Origin: Macrostomum lignano
Taxonomy: Eukaryota
DNA: 64,000 bases
Direction of reading: 5' to 3'
Assembly: GCA_002269645.1 (NCBI GenBank)
Contig: NIVC01001795.1
Coordinates: forward strand, 1 to 64,000
Numbering within the stretch: position 1 is the stretch's first letter; each line of letters starts with the position of its first letter. The translations under genes were made by a program, and so were the position numbers. Positions 22,501 through 36,100 of the stretch are shown here, in pieces. The notes under the pieces are model-generated. The model was not told the origin of the DNA. It made no database searches and saw nothing but the letters and a program-made list of their open reading frames with translations.

Positions 22501-24522
22501 CCCCTAAAATTGCTCCCTAAAATCGCCCCCTAAAATCGCCCCCTAAAATCGCCCCCTAAAATCGCCCCTAAAATCCCCTAAAATTGCTCCCTAAAATCGC
22601 CCCCTAAAATCGCCCCTAAAATCCCCTAAAATTGCTCCCTAAAATCGCCCCCTAAAATCGCCCCCTAAAATCGCCCCCTAAAATCGCCCCGTAAGATCGC
22701 CCCTAAAATCGCCCCTAAAATTGCTCCCTAATATCGCCTCTAAAATCGCCCCCTAAAATCGCCCCTAAAATTGCTCCCTAAAATCGCCCCCTAAAATCGC
22801 CCCCTAAAATCGCCCCCTAAAATCGCCCCTAAAATCCCCTAAAATCGCCCCCTAAAATCGCCCCCTAAAATCGCCCCTAAAATTGCTCCCTAATATCGCC
22901 TCTAAAATCGCCCCCTAAAATCGCCCCTAAAATTGCTCCCTAAAATCGCCCCCTAAAATCGCCCCCTAAAATCGCCCCGTAAGATCGCCCCTAAAATCCC
23001 CTAAAATCGCCCCCTAAAATCGCCCCCTAAAATCGCCCCGTAAGATCGCCCCTAAAATCCCCTAAAATTGCTCCCTAAAATCGCCCCCAAAAATCGCCCC
23101 CTAAAATCGCCCCCTAAAACCGCACCTAAAAGCGCCCTTAAAATCGCGTCCCAAAATCGCCTAAAAAACGGCGGCCGCGCAGCGCACGGGCAGCCGGTTC
23201 CTGGACACGATGTCGCTACATATCGGCATGCGCGGCCTGACGTCCAACCAGCGCACCCTGAAGCTCATGGCCAAGCGGGGCCGCTTCGCCAACAAGCGCT
23301 GGGCGGAGTACCAGCGCGACCGGAAGCAGCGCGGCGCCGACTCCGTTGACGAGGACAACTTCGGCCGCCTGGCCTGGGTTAGCGACTCGGCGCTGAACAA
23401 CTTGGCCGATGTCTTCGCGCTGTGCACCGGCGAGGACGCCGAGGCCGATGCGAAACTCGAGCTGCGAGATTATTTCGTCAGCGGCAGTCTGGCCGACGTT
23501 CGAGACCGACTGCGCAAGCTGCTCGCCTACTGCGCCCGCGACGTCTGGATGACCCACCGGGTGCTGGCGCGCCAGTGGAAGGATTTCGACAAGCACTTCC
23601 CCAGCCCGGTGACTCTCGGCGGCCTGCTGGAGATGGGCAGCGTGCTGCTGCCTACCAACTCCAGCTGGGATAAGTACAGGTGCACTAATTAGATCGCGAG
23701 GCAATCCGTTTTATAATAGCAGTCATAGTTACTCTCGCTGTCTACCCATTGTAAAGTTATTACTATCTAGACTAATTAGACTAATTAGAAGATAACGATG
23801 TAATTATGTATCAGACAGGGCAAAATGCACTAGCTGTTTACCCAATTTAAGAGTAATAAACTGACTCTCGTACTAATTACATTACGAAGTACATGTATTT
23901 TAATATAAACCACCTCGGGTATAGCTACTCACGCCAATTACTGTTGAGCAATCTTTACTAAATGTATGACGAGGCATCAAGCTATCATAGTTACTCACGC
24001 CGTTTACCCTGTACGATAAATCTAATCCAACCCGCTGCTCCGTGCCTGTACAGGCGGCTGTCCCAGACCGTCTACGACCGCCTGCAGGACGGCCAGCGGC
24101 AAACTCTGCAGCGTCTGGCTGACGAAGCCGTTAAAAAATTTGCCAACGGAGGTCACGAGCTCGATCCCTGGCTATGGGATCTCGACTGGTCCGTGGGAAA
24201 ATCCAAGACCGGACTGCCGAAGTGAGTGTTTTGGTACATTGGCTGTCCCGTCTTGTACGAATAACTTTACTCATCTGACTGGTTGGAGTCCTGCTCTGTT
24301 CTCTCATCTCTCTCCTCTATCTCCTCTCTCCCATCTCCCTCTCCCTTGCCCCATCTCCCATCTCCCCTCTCCCATCTCTTCTCTCACATTTCCCATCTCC
24401 CATCTCCCCCCATCTCCCATCTCCCATCTCCCCTTTTCCTCTCTCTCCTCTCCCATCTCCTCTCTAACATCTCCCATCTCCCATCTCCCATCTCCCCTCT
24501 TCCTCTCTCTTCTCTCCCATCT

Positions 24523-24594
<72 letters not shown>

Positions 24595-27090
24595 GCCTCT
24601 ATTCCCCCATGCCTCTCATTTTCGGTAATAATATAGTGCTCTGATTCTTTCTCAATAAGAGCTCAAGGCTCCTGTTCTCATGCAGTTCTCAATTTTGGGA
24701 AATGCATTTAATATTCTTATATTTCTTCATTTGCCTCCCCCTTACCGTGGCAGGTAGAGGGAGGGGCTGAATTGAATCGGGGGCTGGGCGGCTGCTGCTG
24801 GGGACGAAAATCTGAGAGCGAGTGCAGCGGCCTCTCCGGCTGAATCGAAGACGCGAATCTCGGGACTCGGGGGAGGCTGGCTACAGAGACAGCCAGGCGG
24901 GAGAATGAAAGTAGAAAACCTGGGGCCGGCTTATTAATGCAGCTAATCAGTTTATCCTGCTGTGTGCACCGGCTCGCCCTGGGCCTCGCGAGCCAGCCAT
25001 GCAGACAGCTGGGGCTGTTGATTTCTTTGACTGCCAGCTGCTCAAGTGCGGTTTTTTCTAGCGAACTAATAATCTGCTTTAGTTTGTTATTGTTATTGTT
25101 GCTTATAGGGGGCTCAATTGAAATCCGATGTACTTTAATAACATATTTTGGGTTTTTTAGGGGTTTCTTGCAAAAATCACATGACCAGCCACAGTCAGGG
25201 TTGAAACTCAATTTGAGCTCACCAAACAAGGTAGGATTACTAATTAGGATTGCTAGGGTATATGGTGGTGCCGTTTCCTGAGTCAACTTTGAAAGTTGCA
25301 CCACTTTTTTCCGCATTTAACCATCGAAGCGTACGGATGGTCACGTAGGCTGGCAGGTGAGAACAGTACAGACATCATGCGGATGGTCACGTAGGTTGGC
25401 AGGTGAGAACAGTACAAACATCATGCGGATGGTCACGTAGGTTGGCAGGTGAGAACAGTACAGACATCATGCGGATGGTCACGTAGGCTGGCAGGTGAGA
25501 ACAGTACAGACATCATGCGGATGGTCACGTAGGCTGGCAGGTGAGAACAGTACAGACATCATGCGGATGGTCACGTAGGTTGGCAGGTGAGAACAGTACA
25601 GACATCATGCGGATGGTCACGTAGGCTGGCAGGTGAGAACAGTACAGACATCATGCGGATGGTCACGTAGGTTGGCAGGTGAGAACAGTACAGACATCAT
25701 GCGGATGGTCACGTAGGCTGGCAGGTGAGAACAGTACAGACATCATGCGGATGGTCACGTAGGCTGGCAGGTGAGAACAGTACAGACATCATGCGGATGG
25801 TCACGTAGGCTGGCAGGTGAGAACAGTACAGACATCATGCGAATGGTCACGTAGGCTGGCAGGTGAGAACAGTACATACATCATGCGAATGGTCACGTAG
25901 GTTGGCAGGTGAGAACAGTACATACATCATGCGGATGGTCACGTAGGCTGGCAGGTGAGAACAGTACAGACATCATGCGGATGGTCACGTAGGCTGGCAG
26001 GTGAGAACAGTACATACATCATGCGGATGGTCACGTAGGCTGGCAGGTGAGAACAGTACATACATCATGCGGATGGTCACGTAGGCTGGCAGGTGAGAAC
26101 AGTACAGACATCATGCGGATGGTCACGTAGGCTGGCAGGTGAGAACAGTACATACATCATGCGAATGGTCACGTAGGCTGGCAGGTGAGAACAGTACAGA
26201 CATCATGCGGATGGTCACTTAGGCTGGCAGGTGAGAACAGTACATACATCATGCGAATGGTCACGTAGGCTGGCAGGTGAGAAGAGTACATACATCATGC
26301 GGATGGTCACGTAGGTTGGCAGGTGAGAACAGTACATACATCATGCGAATGGTCACGTAGGCTGGCAGGTGAGAACAGTACAGACATCATGCGGATGGTC
26401 ACGTAGGCTGGCAGGTGAGAACAGTACATACATCATGCGAATGGTCACGTAGGTTGGCAGGTGAGAACAGTACAGACATCATGCGAATGGTCACGTAGGC
26501 TGGCAGGTGAGAACAGTACAGACATCATGCGAATGGTCAAGTAGGCTGGCAGGTGAGAACAGTACAGACATCATGCGGATGGTCACGTAGGCTGGCAGGT
26601 GAGAACAGTACATACATCATGCGGATGGTCACGTAGGCTGGCAGGTGAGAACAGTACAGACATCATGCGGATGGTCACGTAGGTTGGCAGGTGAGAACAG
26701 TACATACATCATGCGAATGGTCACGTAGGCTGGCAGGTGAGAAGAGTACATACATCATGCGGATGGTCACGTAGGTTGGCAGGTGAGAACAGTACATACA
26801 TCATGCGAATGGTCACGTAGGCTGGCAGGTGAGAACAGTACATACATCATGCGGATGGTCACGTAGGTTGGCAGGTGAGAACAGACATCATGCCTCTTGA
26901 AAGCGCTGATTGGTTAATTCACAAATGCTATCAGGTGAGTCAATGAAGCAAGTCTATTTTCAATTAGTACACCTTGGGCCTGCTAATTATGTAACGATGA
27001 GAGAGAAAATAAAAGCCTGCATTGCTTCCTTTGCATGAGAACTGCTGGGCCGGAAGCACCCCCTCCCCAGCTCCGCATTGATCTCAACAA

Positions 27091-27159
<69 letters not shown>

Positions 27160-30100
27160 AGAATCTGCTGACTGCTTTGTGCGCTCCATCTTTGCCCAGA
27201 TTCCTGGAAGCTGCTCCTGTTTGAACACCGTAGGGGTTCCGCTTCTTCTACTCAGCTCAGAATTCTGATTGAGCTGCACAGGAACTGCTGCTGCTGAGAA
27301 TGGCTGAGAATCGATAACTGTTTTCCCCTGCCAGCCAGAGTCTCCCCGGCGGAAAGTAATTTGAATTCGAATGGCAGTTTCTCTACAATTTTGTTTTAGA
27401 TAATCCCCTGTCATGCCACTAATCCCTCCTTAGTCGCTGAATTTTAATCCTTCCTGCTTGGTTCGTACAAACGGGTCTGAGCAATTTGAGTTGCTGCGCT
27501 CTCTTGTTTGAGCAGACTGCCAAAGCAATCTTTGCCGAACATATCTCTTGCATTTCGCTTCTAAAAGAGGACAAGTTGCATGCTGAGCTCTGAGTCTTAG
27601 CAGAAGAGCTCAACAAATTGAAGTCGCATTTTGCTGCCCACTTTGGTGAAGTATTTCAGTTTCTATTGCTGCTACAGAACGAGGGCAAATAACGAGACAA
27701 GACAAGGAAACAAATATCGTGTGTATGGCGAACATGACTGAGAACTGAGAGTTATTAACAAAACACGTATCGATAAGTAACGGTTTTAAAAGTGTTATTA
27801 AACTTCGTTGCTTATCTGACGCTACCAGCACGTGTCGAAGACCTCCAGGCCTTTCATAATCACTGGCGAGCTGTGGCAGTACCGCTGAAAGTCTTCGTAC
27901 GTAACGGAGCCCTTGCCCTCGGTGTCCATCTGGTGGAAGATTTGGCTGGCGTGGTCGTGCACGCTCTTGGCCGACTCCTTCTTCCTTGCGTGGCTGCCCA
28001 GCAGTTCGTAGATGGAGGCCAGGAACTGGCAGATCTCTTCGTGGCTCAGCGTGCCGTCCAGGTTGACGTCGTACAGCCGGAAGATCCACACGATCTTCTC
28101 CTCGACGCTGCCCCTAGCCAGCTCGGAGAGCCACATCACATACTGGTGAAACGGCAGCGACTCTTTCTTGTCCACGTCGAGCCAGTTGAATATGATCCGC
28201 GCGAACGGCGCCGGGTTGCCGAAGGGGAACAGCTGGGCGAAGATGCCGCAGATGTGCTCCTCGCGCACCAGGCCAGTCGGGCAGTCCTGCTTGAAGCCGC
28301 GGTACAGCAGGCGGAGCTCCCGCTCACTGAACTTGGACCTCTGCGCCAGCAGCCGGATTGGCGGCGGCTTGTAGCGCTGGAAGTTCGCCTGCAGGTCCGG
28401 GTCGCTCATCTTGGTTGAAGGAAATCCTGCTAATGTGGGCCTTGGATATCCTGGATTGCCCGCGGGCTTTGCCGCTTCGGTCTTCTGCTGGCTTCTGTTT
28501 GTCTTCTCTCTCTTCTGGCTGCCGATTCTCTTCCAGTTTCTTTTGGCTGGCACTGGCTTAGTCTGGGAGCCGCGGCCCGGCCCTGAATTCCCAGCTGACT
28601 GAATAGAATAGCAGACTTCTAGGCCTAGGTCTGCGTTGTCCGACCTCCTTCCTTTTTTCCCTCTCTTCTTCCTGGCCTTCTGTCGATTTGGAGTTTGGCG
28701 TCTTGCTTGCCTTTCTGCTGGGCCCCCGGATTGGCCGGACCGGCCCAGGCCTGCCCCGCTCCACTCCCAATCGCTTCCAGGCGGTCTCGCGCAACTATGG
28801 TAGGGGGGGGGGGAGATGGGAAATGAAAAACGGCCAACGGGTCACTGATAGGGGAGGAGGCAAGCGAGAAATGCCGGTGCCTCGAGGCTCCGTAGATCTG
28901 CAGGCGATGGGGCTGCGGGTGGAGCTGAGGGTCAAACTCTGCGGAAAGGAAAGTTTTGTCTGCTTGGCGCTGCTGCTGCTGCAAACAAACCCAGACTTAC
29001 TGGCTGGGTTTATAACCTTCCAATAGCTGTTGCTCTTGCCCAGTGGTTATCTCTGCTTTGCACTGAGCCATTTGTACTGAAGGCAACCTGAGTGGTCGGG
29101 TCCGGCACCGAGACTAAACTCCTGTCGGAGGAAAATGCTTGCATACGTCGCCGATATGTATTGAAGTGCCTTGTATAAAGATAGAATCTCTATATAAGAA
29201 GAACATTATATCAGCGGGTTTGAATTCCGTTAACCCGAATCGCTTTGGGAAGAGAGGAAAACGGTTTCGGGGAAGTGACTCAGCTACCCCGAGGGTTCGG
29301 CGTAACCGAAGCAACGATTAGTGCCATCCGGAGCCTCTATTAAAAGCCATTCCGTTCCGCTCCCCTCGGTCCGCATTCCAACAGCCGGAAGTCGTCCATA
29401 AAAACTTTCTGATTGGCTACTCTGTGGAATGCAGATAATTGCTTGCCGGTTTCAGAAACTTCGTATATGGTGTGCTTTTTTCCTGTTGTGGAGTTTTTTA
29501 TTTCTATTTCTAGCTCTGCGCCTCCTTGGCCTATACGACAGCCTTTTGTGTAGCTCCTTCTGCAGTAGCTAAGGAATGCTGGGCCAGTTGCTGCACTCCT
29601 TCTAGAAGATCAATGCGGGCAGCGAACCGCGCCGGGGCGGAGCTGCATCGGCTGAGAAGTTCTCGCGCAAAACGCTTGGTGAACTGCTCTGAGGACAATA
29701 TGTATAGTTCGTATGCAGTTGGTAAAAAATCAATAAAGTAAAAGAGTTCATCAACAGTGGGAGCTGGCGCGCTCTGTCCCACTTTGTGGGTCTTGCCAGG
29801 CTACGAAAATTTTGGATACTTGTTTGGATATGTCGGAGTTGATTTATTAACATTCTGTGCCACTTGCAATTTATGTTTTATCGTGTAAGATAGCGGGCTC
29901 ATCTGGAGTCAGGATATTTGGGCTCTGGAGAAGTTCTCATCCAAGTATTGGCATCTGAGAAATTCCCCGTGATGTATTAGCATCCTCTGAGAAATTCCCC
30001 GTGAGGCATTAGCATCCTCTGAGAAATTCCCCGTGAGGTATTAGCATCCTCTGAGAAATTCCCCGTGAGGTATTAACATCCTCTGTCGAGAAATTCCCCG

Positions 30101-33100
30101 TGAGGTATTAGCACCCTCTGAGAATTCCCATTGAGTCACGGTATTGGTACATGAGAATAGAAATTTCCCCTAAGCATAGCGTTGGAATCTGAGAGTAGAA
30201 ATTACCGAAATTCCCATTGAGCAAAGGCATTTGCCCTTGAGCCTTAGCATCCCAGACCGTAAATTTGGTAAAAAATTCCCTTTGGAGATTAAATTTCTAA
30301 TAAATACACGCTGGATTTTCTCAGGGATTTTCTTCTGCCTTTCCCAGATGCTCATGAACGTCATAACATAAGCCTCTCATAGCCGTCATTATTGCATGGC
30401 TTCGCCTTGCACGTTTTCCTTTGCGCGAGAACTGCGCAATAATAGCCTAATTAATAAATAATACAGCCAATGCGTGAGCTGGAAAACTATATGGGAGAGG
30501 TGACGGACACGCCTGAGTCGGCTCAGACACCCGGAGTCAATCACCCGCCTGCCTTGCTCTCAGTGCGTGCCGTGGCTCTTGTCTGACGCATGCCGGCCCG
30601 CATGCCAAGCCGTTTGTTGACTCTGCGCTACGCTGGCACTAGCGGGGAAGCCTTGATGCTCTCAGCTCAATCTCAGCTAAGCCTGTTTGCCCGCATTGCA
30701 GCCTTGGGCTCAAATACCCACTCAATGTCGGAGCTCCTCTTACCGCCGGTCCGAATCCATATTTCTTCTGTTGCCTAATTTGAATGCTTTTTTCACAATC
30801 AAAGGCCGCTGTTTTTACCCCCCCCCCTCGCGCGGTTGAATTGCTTTCTTTGGTCCATTAGAATGCTTTGAGTTAAAGCAGGGCACGGGTTTAAGCGTGG
30901 GCTTTGTACTTGCAGAGATCTTCAAACAGACTTGTGCACTTTTGTGTCTTGGTGCTGGCTTCTGCCTTTCTATGGCTTTTTTGTCACTTTCTTCTCGACA
31001 GCTAAAAGTGCAATGTAGAGGCTGGATGATGAAAATCTGAATAATCAGAATTTCAACTAAATGTGGTTCCATTTCGGAACTATTTTTGATTCCACTCTGG
31101 AACTATTTTTGATTCCACTCTGGAACTATTTTTTTATTCCACTCTGGAACTATTTTTCAATTCCACTCTGGAACGAAATTCAATTCCACTCTGGAACTAT
31201 TTTTCAATTCCACTCCGGAACTAAATTCAATTCCACTCTGGAACTACTTATTGATTCCACTCTGGAACTATTTTTCAATTCCACTCCGGAACTAAATTCA
31301 ATTCCACTCTGGAACTACTTATTGATTCCACTCTGGAACTATTTTTCAATTCCACTCCGGAACTAAATTCAATTCCACTCTGGAACTACTTATTGATTCC
31401 ACTCTGGAACTATTTTTCAATTCCACTCCGGAACTAAATTCAATTCCACTCTAGAACTACACTTGATTCCACTCTGGAACTGAATCTGGTTCCACTAAGG
31501 AACTATACTGTAGCTGATTCCACTCCGGAACTAAATACTAACGTATTGTATTTATCAGACACTAATCTTCGGCTCCACCGCACCTCCCCCACCCCAGGTG
31601 GTACCGCGACCTGGTCCCCAAGCCCGTGGAGAAGAACGCCGCCCAGGGCGCCAGCCTCATCACCGCGCAGATGCGCGTCGCGCCCAAGCTGCTCCGCCTC
31701 ACCTGGCGCGGCTTCCCGCTGCACCACGACTCCGAGCTGAAGTGGGGCCGCCTGGTCCCCGGCCGCAACCCCAGCCCGGCCGAGGCCGACCCGCGTTACT
31801 TCAACCCGGACAATGGCCGGCTCCTGTCCGACCAGCCGGCCATCAAGACGGTCGCCGCTGGCAGCTCGGAGCTGCGCTTTCCGCTGGCCGCCTACTGCCG
31901 GGCCTGCCTGCCCTCCCTGCTGCGCTGCCTCCGCCAGCACGAGCTGCTCGACCAGCAGCAGCAGCGCCGGCGCCAGCGTCAGGCCTGGTGGCGCCGTTTT
32001 AGCGCCGATTTGGCCGGCTCGCTGAGAATGCTGCCCGTGGACGAAATCGGCAGGGCGGAGCTCGAGGCTGCTCTGACGGCGATGGAGAGCGGCGCGGCTG
32101 GAGACGATGGGGAAGGCGGCCGGGAGGCTGGCAAGGAGGAGTACGACTGGGAGCGCCATCTGCCCTGCGCGCTCACCGCCACTCCGCTGGCGGAGGGCGC
32201 CGCCTTCAAGCGGGCCGCCAACCCTAGCATTGACGCCTGTTGGTTCTGCGCCCTGCCGCACCCACAGGTCCGCCTGCAGTGCCCTCTCAGAGCCTCTGTT
32301 GCTGGGCCAGCCTCCCAGATCCTCAGTTGCTGGGCCAGCCTCCCAGCCTCCCAGATCCTCAGTTGCTGGGCCAGCCTCCCCGATCCTCAGTTGCTGGGCC
32401 AGCCTCCCAGATCCTCAGTTGCTGGGCCAACCTCCCAGATCCTCAGTTGCTGGTCAGCCGCCTCCCAGATCCTCAGCTGCTGGGTCAGCCTCCCAGATCC
32501 TCAGTTGCTGGGCCAGCCTCACAGATCCTCAGTTGCTGGGCCAACCTCCCAGATCCTCAGTTGCTGGGCCAGCCTCATAAATCCTCAGTTTCTGGGCCAG
32601 CCTCCCCGATCCTCAGTTGCTGGGCCAGCCTCCCAGATCCTCAGTTGCTGGTCAGCCGCCTCCCAGATCCTCAGCTGCTGGGTCAGCCTCCCAGATCCTC
32701 AGTTGCTGGGCCAGCCTCCCAGATCCTCAGTTGCTGGTCAGCCGCCTCCCAGATCCTCAGCTGCTGGGTCAGCCTCCCAGATCCTCAGTTGCTGGGCCAG
32801 CCTCACAGATCCTCAGTTGCTGGGCCAGCCTCCCAGAGTGTCAGTTGCTGGGCCAGCCTCTCCGATCCTCAGTTGCTGGGCCAGCCTCCCAGATCCTCAG
32901 TTGCTGGGCCAGCCTCCCAGAGCCTGACTCAGGCCTCCGCATCAGGGCCTGACCGCTAGCTATGAGAACCCCCCACCCCCCGCAGGGCACCAGCGTGGGC
33001 AACCCGCTATCCAAGAGCTTCCTGGCCGCCATCGACGCCGGCCTGCTGTGCAGCGACCGGCCGGAGGTCGGCGAGCTGCTCCGCATGCACGCCCGCTGCA

Positions 33101-36100
33101 CCTACTGGCAGGGCGCCAGCAAGCGGGTGAACAGCCAGCTGGCCCTGCCGCTGGTGCACGGAGGAGAAGGCGGTGGAATCCGTTTGATCCTGCCGCAGGT
33201 GGTTGCCATGGGAACGGTGAGCAGGCGGGCGGTGGAGCCGCTGTGGCTGACGGCCAGCAACGCGCGGCCGGACCGGCTGGGCTCTGAGCTGAAGGCGATG
33301 GTGCAGCCGCCGCCCGGCTACCGCCTGGTGGGCGCCGACGTGGACTCGCAGGAGCTGTGGATCGCCTCCATGGCCGGCGATGCAGAGTTTGACGACGACG
33401 TTGGAGGCGGCAACGGCGAGCGTCGGCGAATCCACGGCGCCACGGCCGTCAGCTGGATGAGCCTGCGGGGCAGCAAGGCGGAGGGCACGGACCTGCACTC
33501 GGTCAGCGCCCGGCTCATCAACGTGTCCCGCGAGCACGCCAAGGTGCTGAACTACGCCCGCTTCTACGGCTCCGGGGCGGGCAACATCGCCAAGCTGCTG
33601 TGCCAGTTCGACCCCGGCATCGACAAGCAGCTGGCCATGGACAAGGCCAGGAAGCTGCTGAGGGAGACCAAGGGCAGCCGGAGCGGCGGCGTCTGGCGCG
33701 GCGGCAGGTGAGAGCGGCCGGCTTTATTGGATTGGGGTGGGGGAATTTTCCGGAGTGATTTTTGTTGAAGTTTTCGGGTGGTGATTGGGGAATTATTCTT
33801 ATGGGAATTGGGGAATTATTCTTATGGGAATAGGGATTTTTTCTTATGGGAATTCGGGAATTTTTCGAATAGGAATTGGGGAATTTTTCGAATGGGGATC
33901 GGGGAATTTTTTGGATGGGAATCAGGAATTTTTCAAATGGGGATTGAAGAATTTTTCTTATGGGAATTGGGGAATTATTCTTATGAAAATTGGGGATTTT
34001 TTCTTATGGGAATTCTTCGAATGGGGATTGGGGAATTTTTCGAATGTGAATTGGGGAATTTTTCGAATGTGAATTGGGGAATTTTTCGAATGTGAATTGG
34101 GGAATTTTTCGAATGGGAATTGGGGAATTTTTCGAATGGGGATTGAGGAATTTTTCGAATGGGAATTGGGGAATTTTTCGAATTGGTTTTTGTTGAATTT
34201 TTTAATGTGCATTGGGGGATTTTTCGAATGGGGATTGGGGAATTTTTATACTGGGGATTGGGAAATTCTCTAAATTGGGATTAGGGAGTTTTTCGAGTGA
34301 GGACAGAGAATTTTTTGAGTAGGACCTGGGGACTTTTTGATTGGAGGCTGGGGAATTTTTTTACTAGGGATTGGGGAATCTTTCAATTGGGGAATTATTC
34401 GAGTGAGGTTTGGGGATTTTCGAATATTGTGTTGGGATGCCTTTTAGGATCAGGTCTCCAAGCACGGCACAGACTACAAAGTGCAAATTAATTCTTTTGT
34501 TGGTCTGTTTCTCTTCCCGAAATATCGCTAGGATATTATTAATAACTGTCCGCATTGATTGCATAGTGTGTACTGTCCGCTGTCCGGGGTTCCTGCTCTA
34601 TCAATGCGGCAATCGATTTCTATGAACCCCTCTGGCTGAGGCGGTTATTTGATTAGCTGAGCAGCTCTGCAGCTCCCCGCCTGTCTCGCTCGGCTCGTCA
34701 AGTGGTCCGCAGAGTTTGCTGACCAAGCGCCGGCGCTGGTCTGCGACGGAAACAGATACAGGGCTTGGGGAGTGTTGCCGGGGAGATGGAGACGGGAGAG
34801 AAACTGATTCGGAAGATGGATAGTGAGAGCGAGGGAGAGAGGAGGCTGTGGAGATGAAGGGTGAGGGAGGAAGGGAGCGGAGATGGTGAGGGAGCAGAGG
34901 GTGAGGGAGCAGATGGTGAGGGAGTAGAGGGTTAGGGAATAGAGGGTGAGGGAGCAGAGGGTAAGGGAGCGGAGAGGGTGAGGGAGCGGAGAGGGTGAGG
35001 GAGAGGAGAGGGTGAGGGAGCGGAGAGGGTGAGGGAGCGGAGAGGGTGAGGGAGCGGAGAGGGTGAGGGAGCGGAGAGGGTGAGGGAGCGGAGAGGGTGA
35101 GGGAATAGAGGGTGAGGGAGCAGATGGTGAGGGAGCAGATAGTGAGGGAGCGGAGAGGGTGAGGGAGCAGAGGGTGAGGGAGCAGAGGGTGAGGGAGGAG
35201 AAGGTGGGAGTAGAGGGTGGGACAGAGGAGCAGTTGAAGGAGAGGAGAGGGCAGGGCAGAGGGCAGAGAGGGGGGGAGACAGCCGGCAGGAGTTGCTGGA
35301 TGGTGAGGCTGCGGGGATAAGAAAACAGTGGAAAAGTGAGCCGAGTGGCGGGACAGAAGGCGACAGCGGGGGCCGCAGGGAGCTGTGGCCAGTCAGTGCG
35401 AAAGTCTGTCAGATTAGCAAAGTGTAAAACACGGGCATCGGGTGCCGGAACTGCCTGCCAGGTACTTCACGATCGGCCCCAGCTGCCCGCTCGCCAGGCT
35501 GATATTGCTTTTTCCCAGAGCTGCGGGACTTGAGAGCTGGGGAGGGGGGTTGCTATGGATTTATGGGATAATTAATTCAGCTTTGCGTGCAGCGGGCGGG
35601 ACAGAAATGCGTTTTAATGCTACGACCGCGTCCTAGCAACCAGTTCCTGGTGTGTCCTGGCCCGCACACTGACTTCATTCAAGTTTGGACATGCCGTGCT
35701 TTACTGAATTGGGCCGTTAAGCTTCCTCTTGTAATGCTGCCACCTTGACCCCCTTCATCTGCCCCCCTCTTGACCTCCCTTGACCCCTTCCTTCATCTGC
35801 CCCCTCTTGACCACCCCCTTCCTTCATCTGCCTTCTTTTGACCTCCCTTGACCTCTTCTTGCATCCACCCCCTCTTTACCCCCTCGACTCCTTTCATCCA
35901 ATCCCTTTTGACCCCCCTTGACCTCCTTCTTCTTAAATCCGCACCCTTTTGACCTCATTTGATCCCTTTTTTATCCGCCCTCGTCTTGGACCTCCCTTGA
36001 CCCCCTTCTTATATCCACCCTCTTGACCCCATTGACCCCTTCTTTCATCCGCCCTCTTGATCACCCTCAAGCCCCTTCTTTCATCTGCCCCTCTTGACCT

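Noticed and set aside
24717-25316. 199-aa minus-strand ORF with DCGWSCDFC
   Set aside because: No recognisable domain, mixed composition, abuts a satellite; likely chance or an unrecognisable TE remnant
25333-26892. CRISPR-like regular array
   Set aside because: Units are contiguous with no unique spacers; eukaryotic intron; no cas genes
29526-29853. Overlapping minus-strand ORFs that could be a frameshifted gene remnant
   Set aside because: No family motif recognised
32240-32959. ORF extensions from POLG exon 6 and other exons into intronic repeats
   Set aside because: POLG homology stops at canonical donors; the extensions are minisatellite translations
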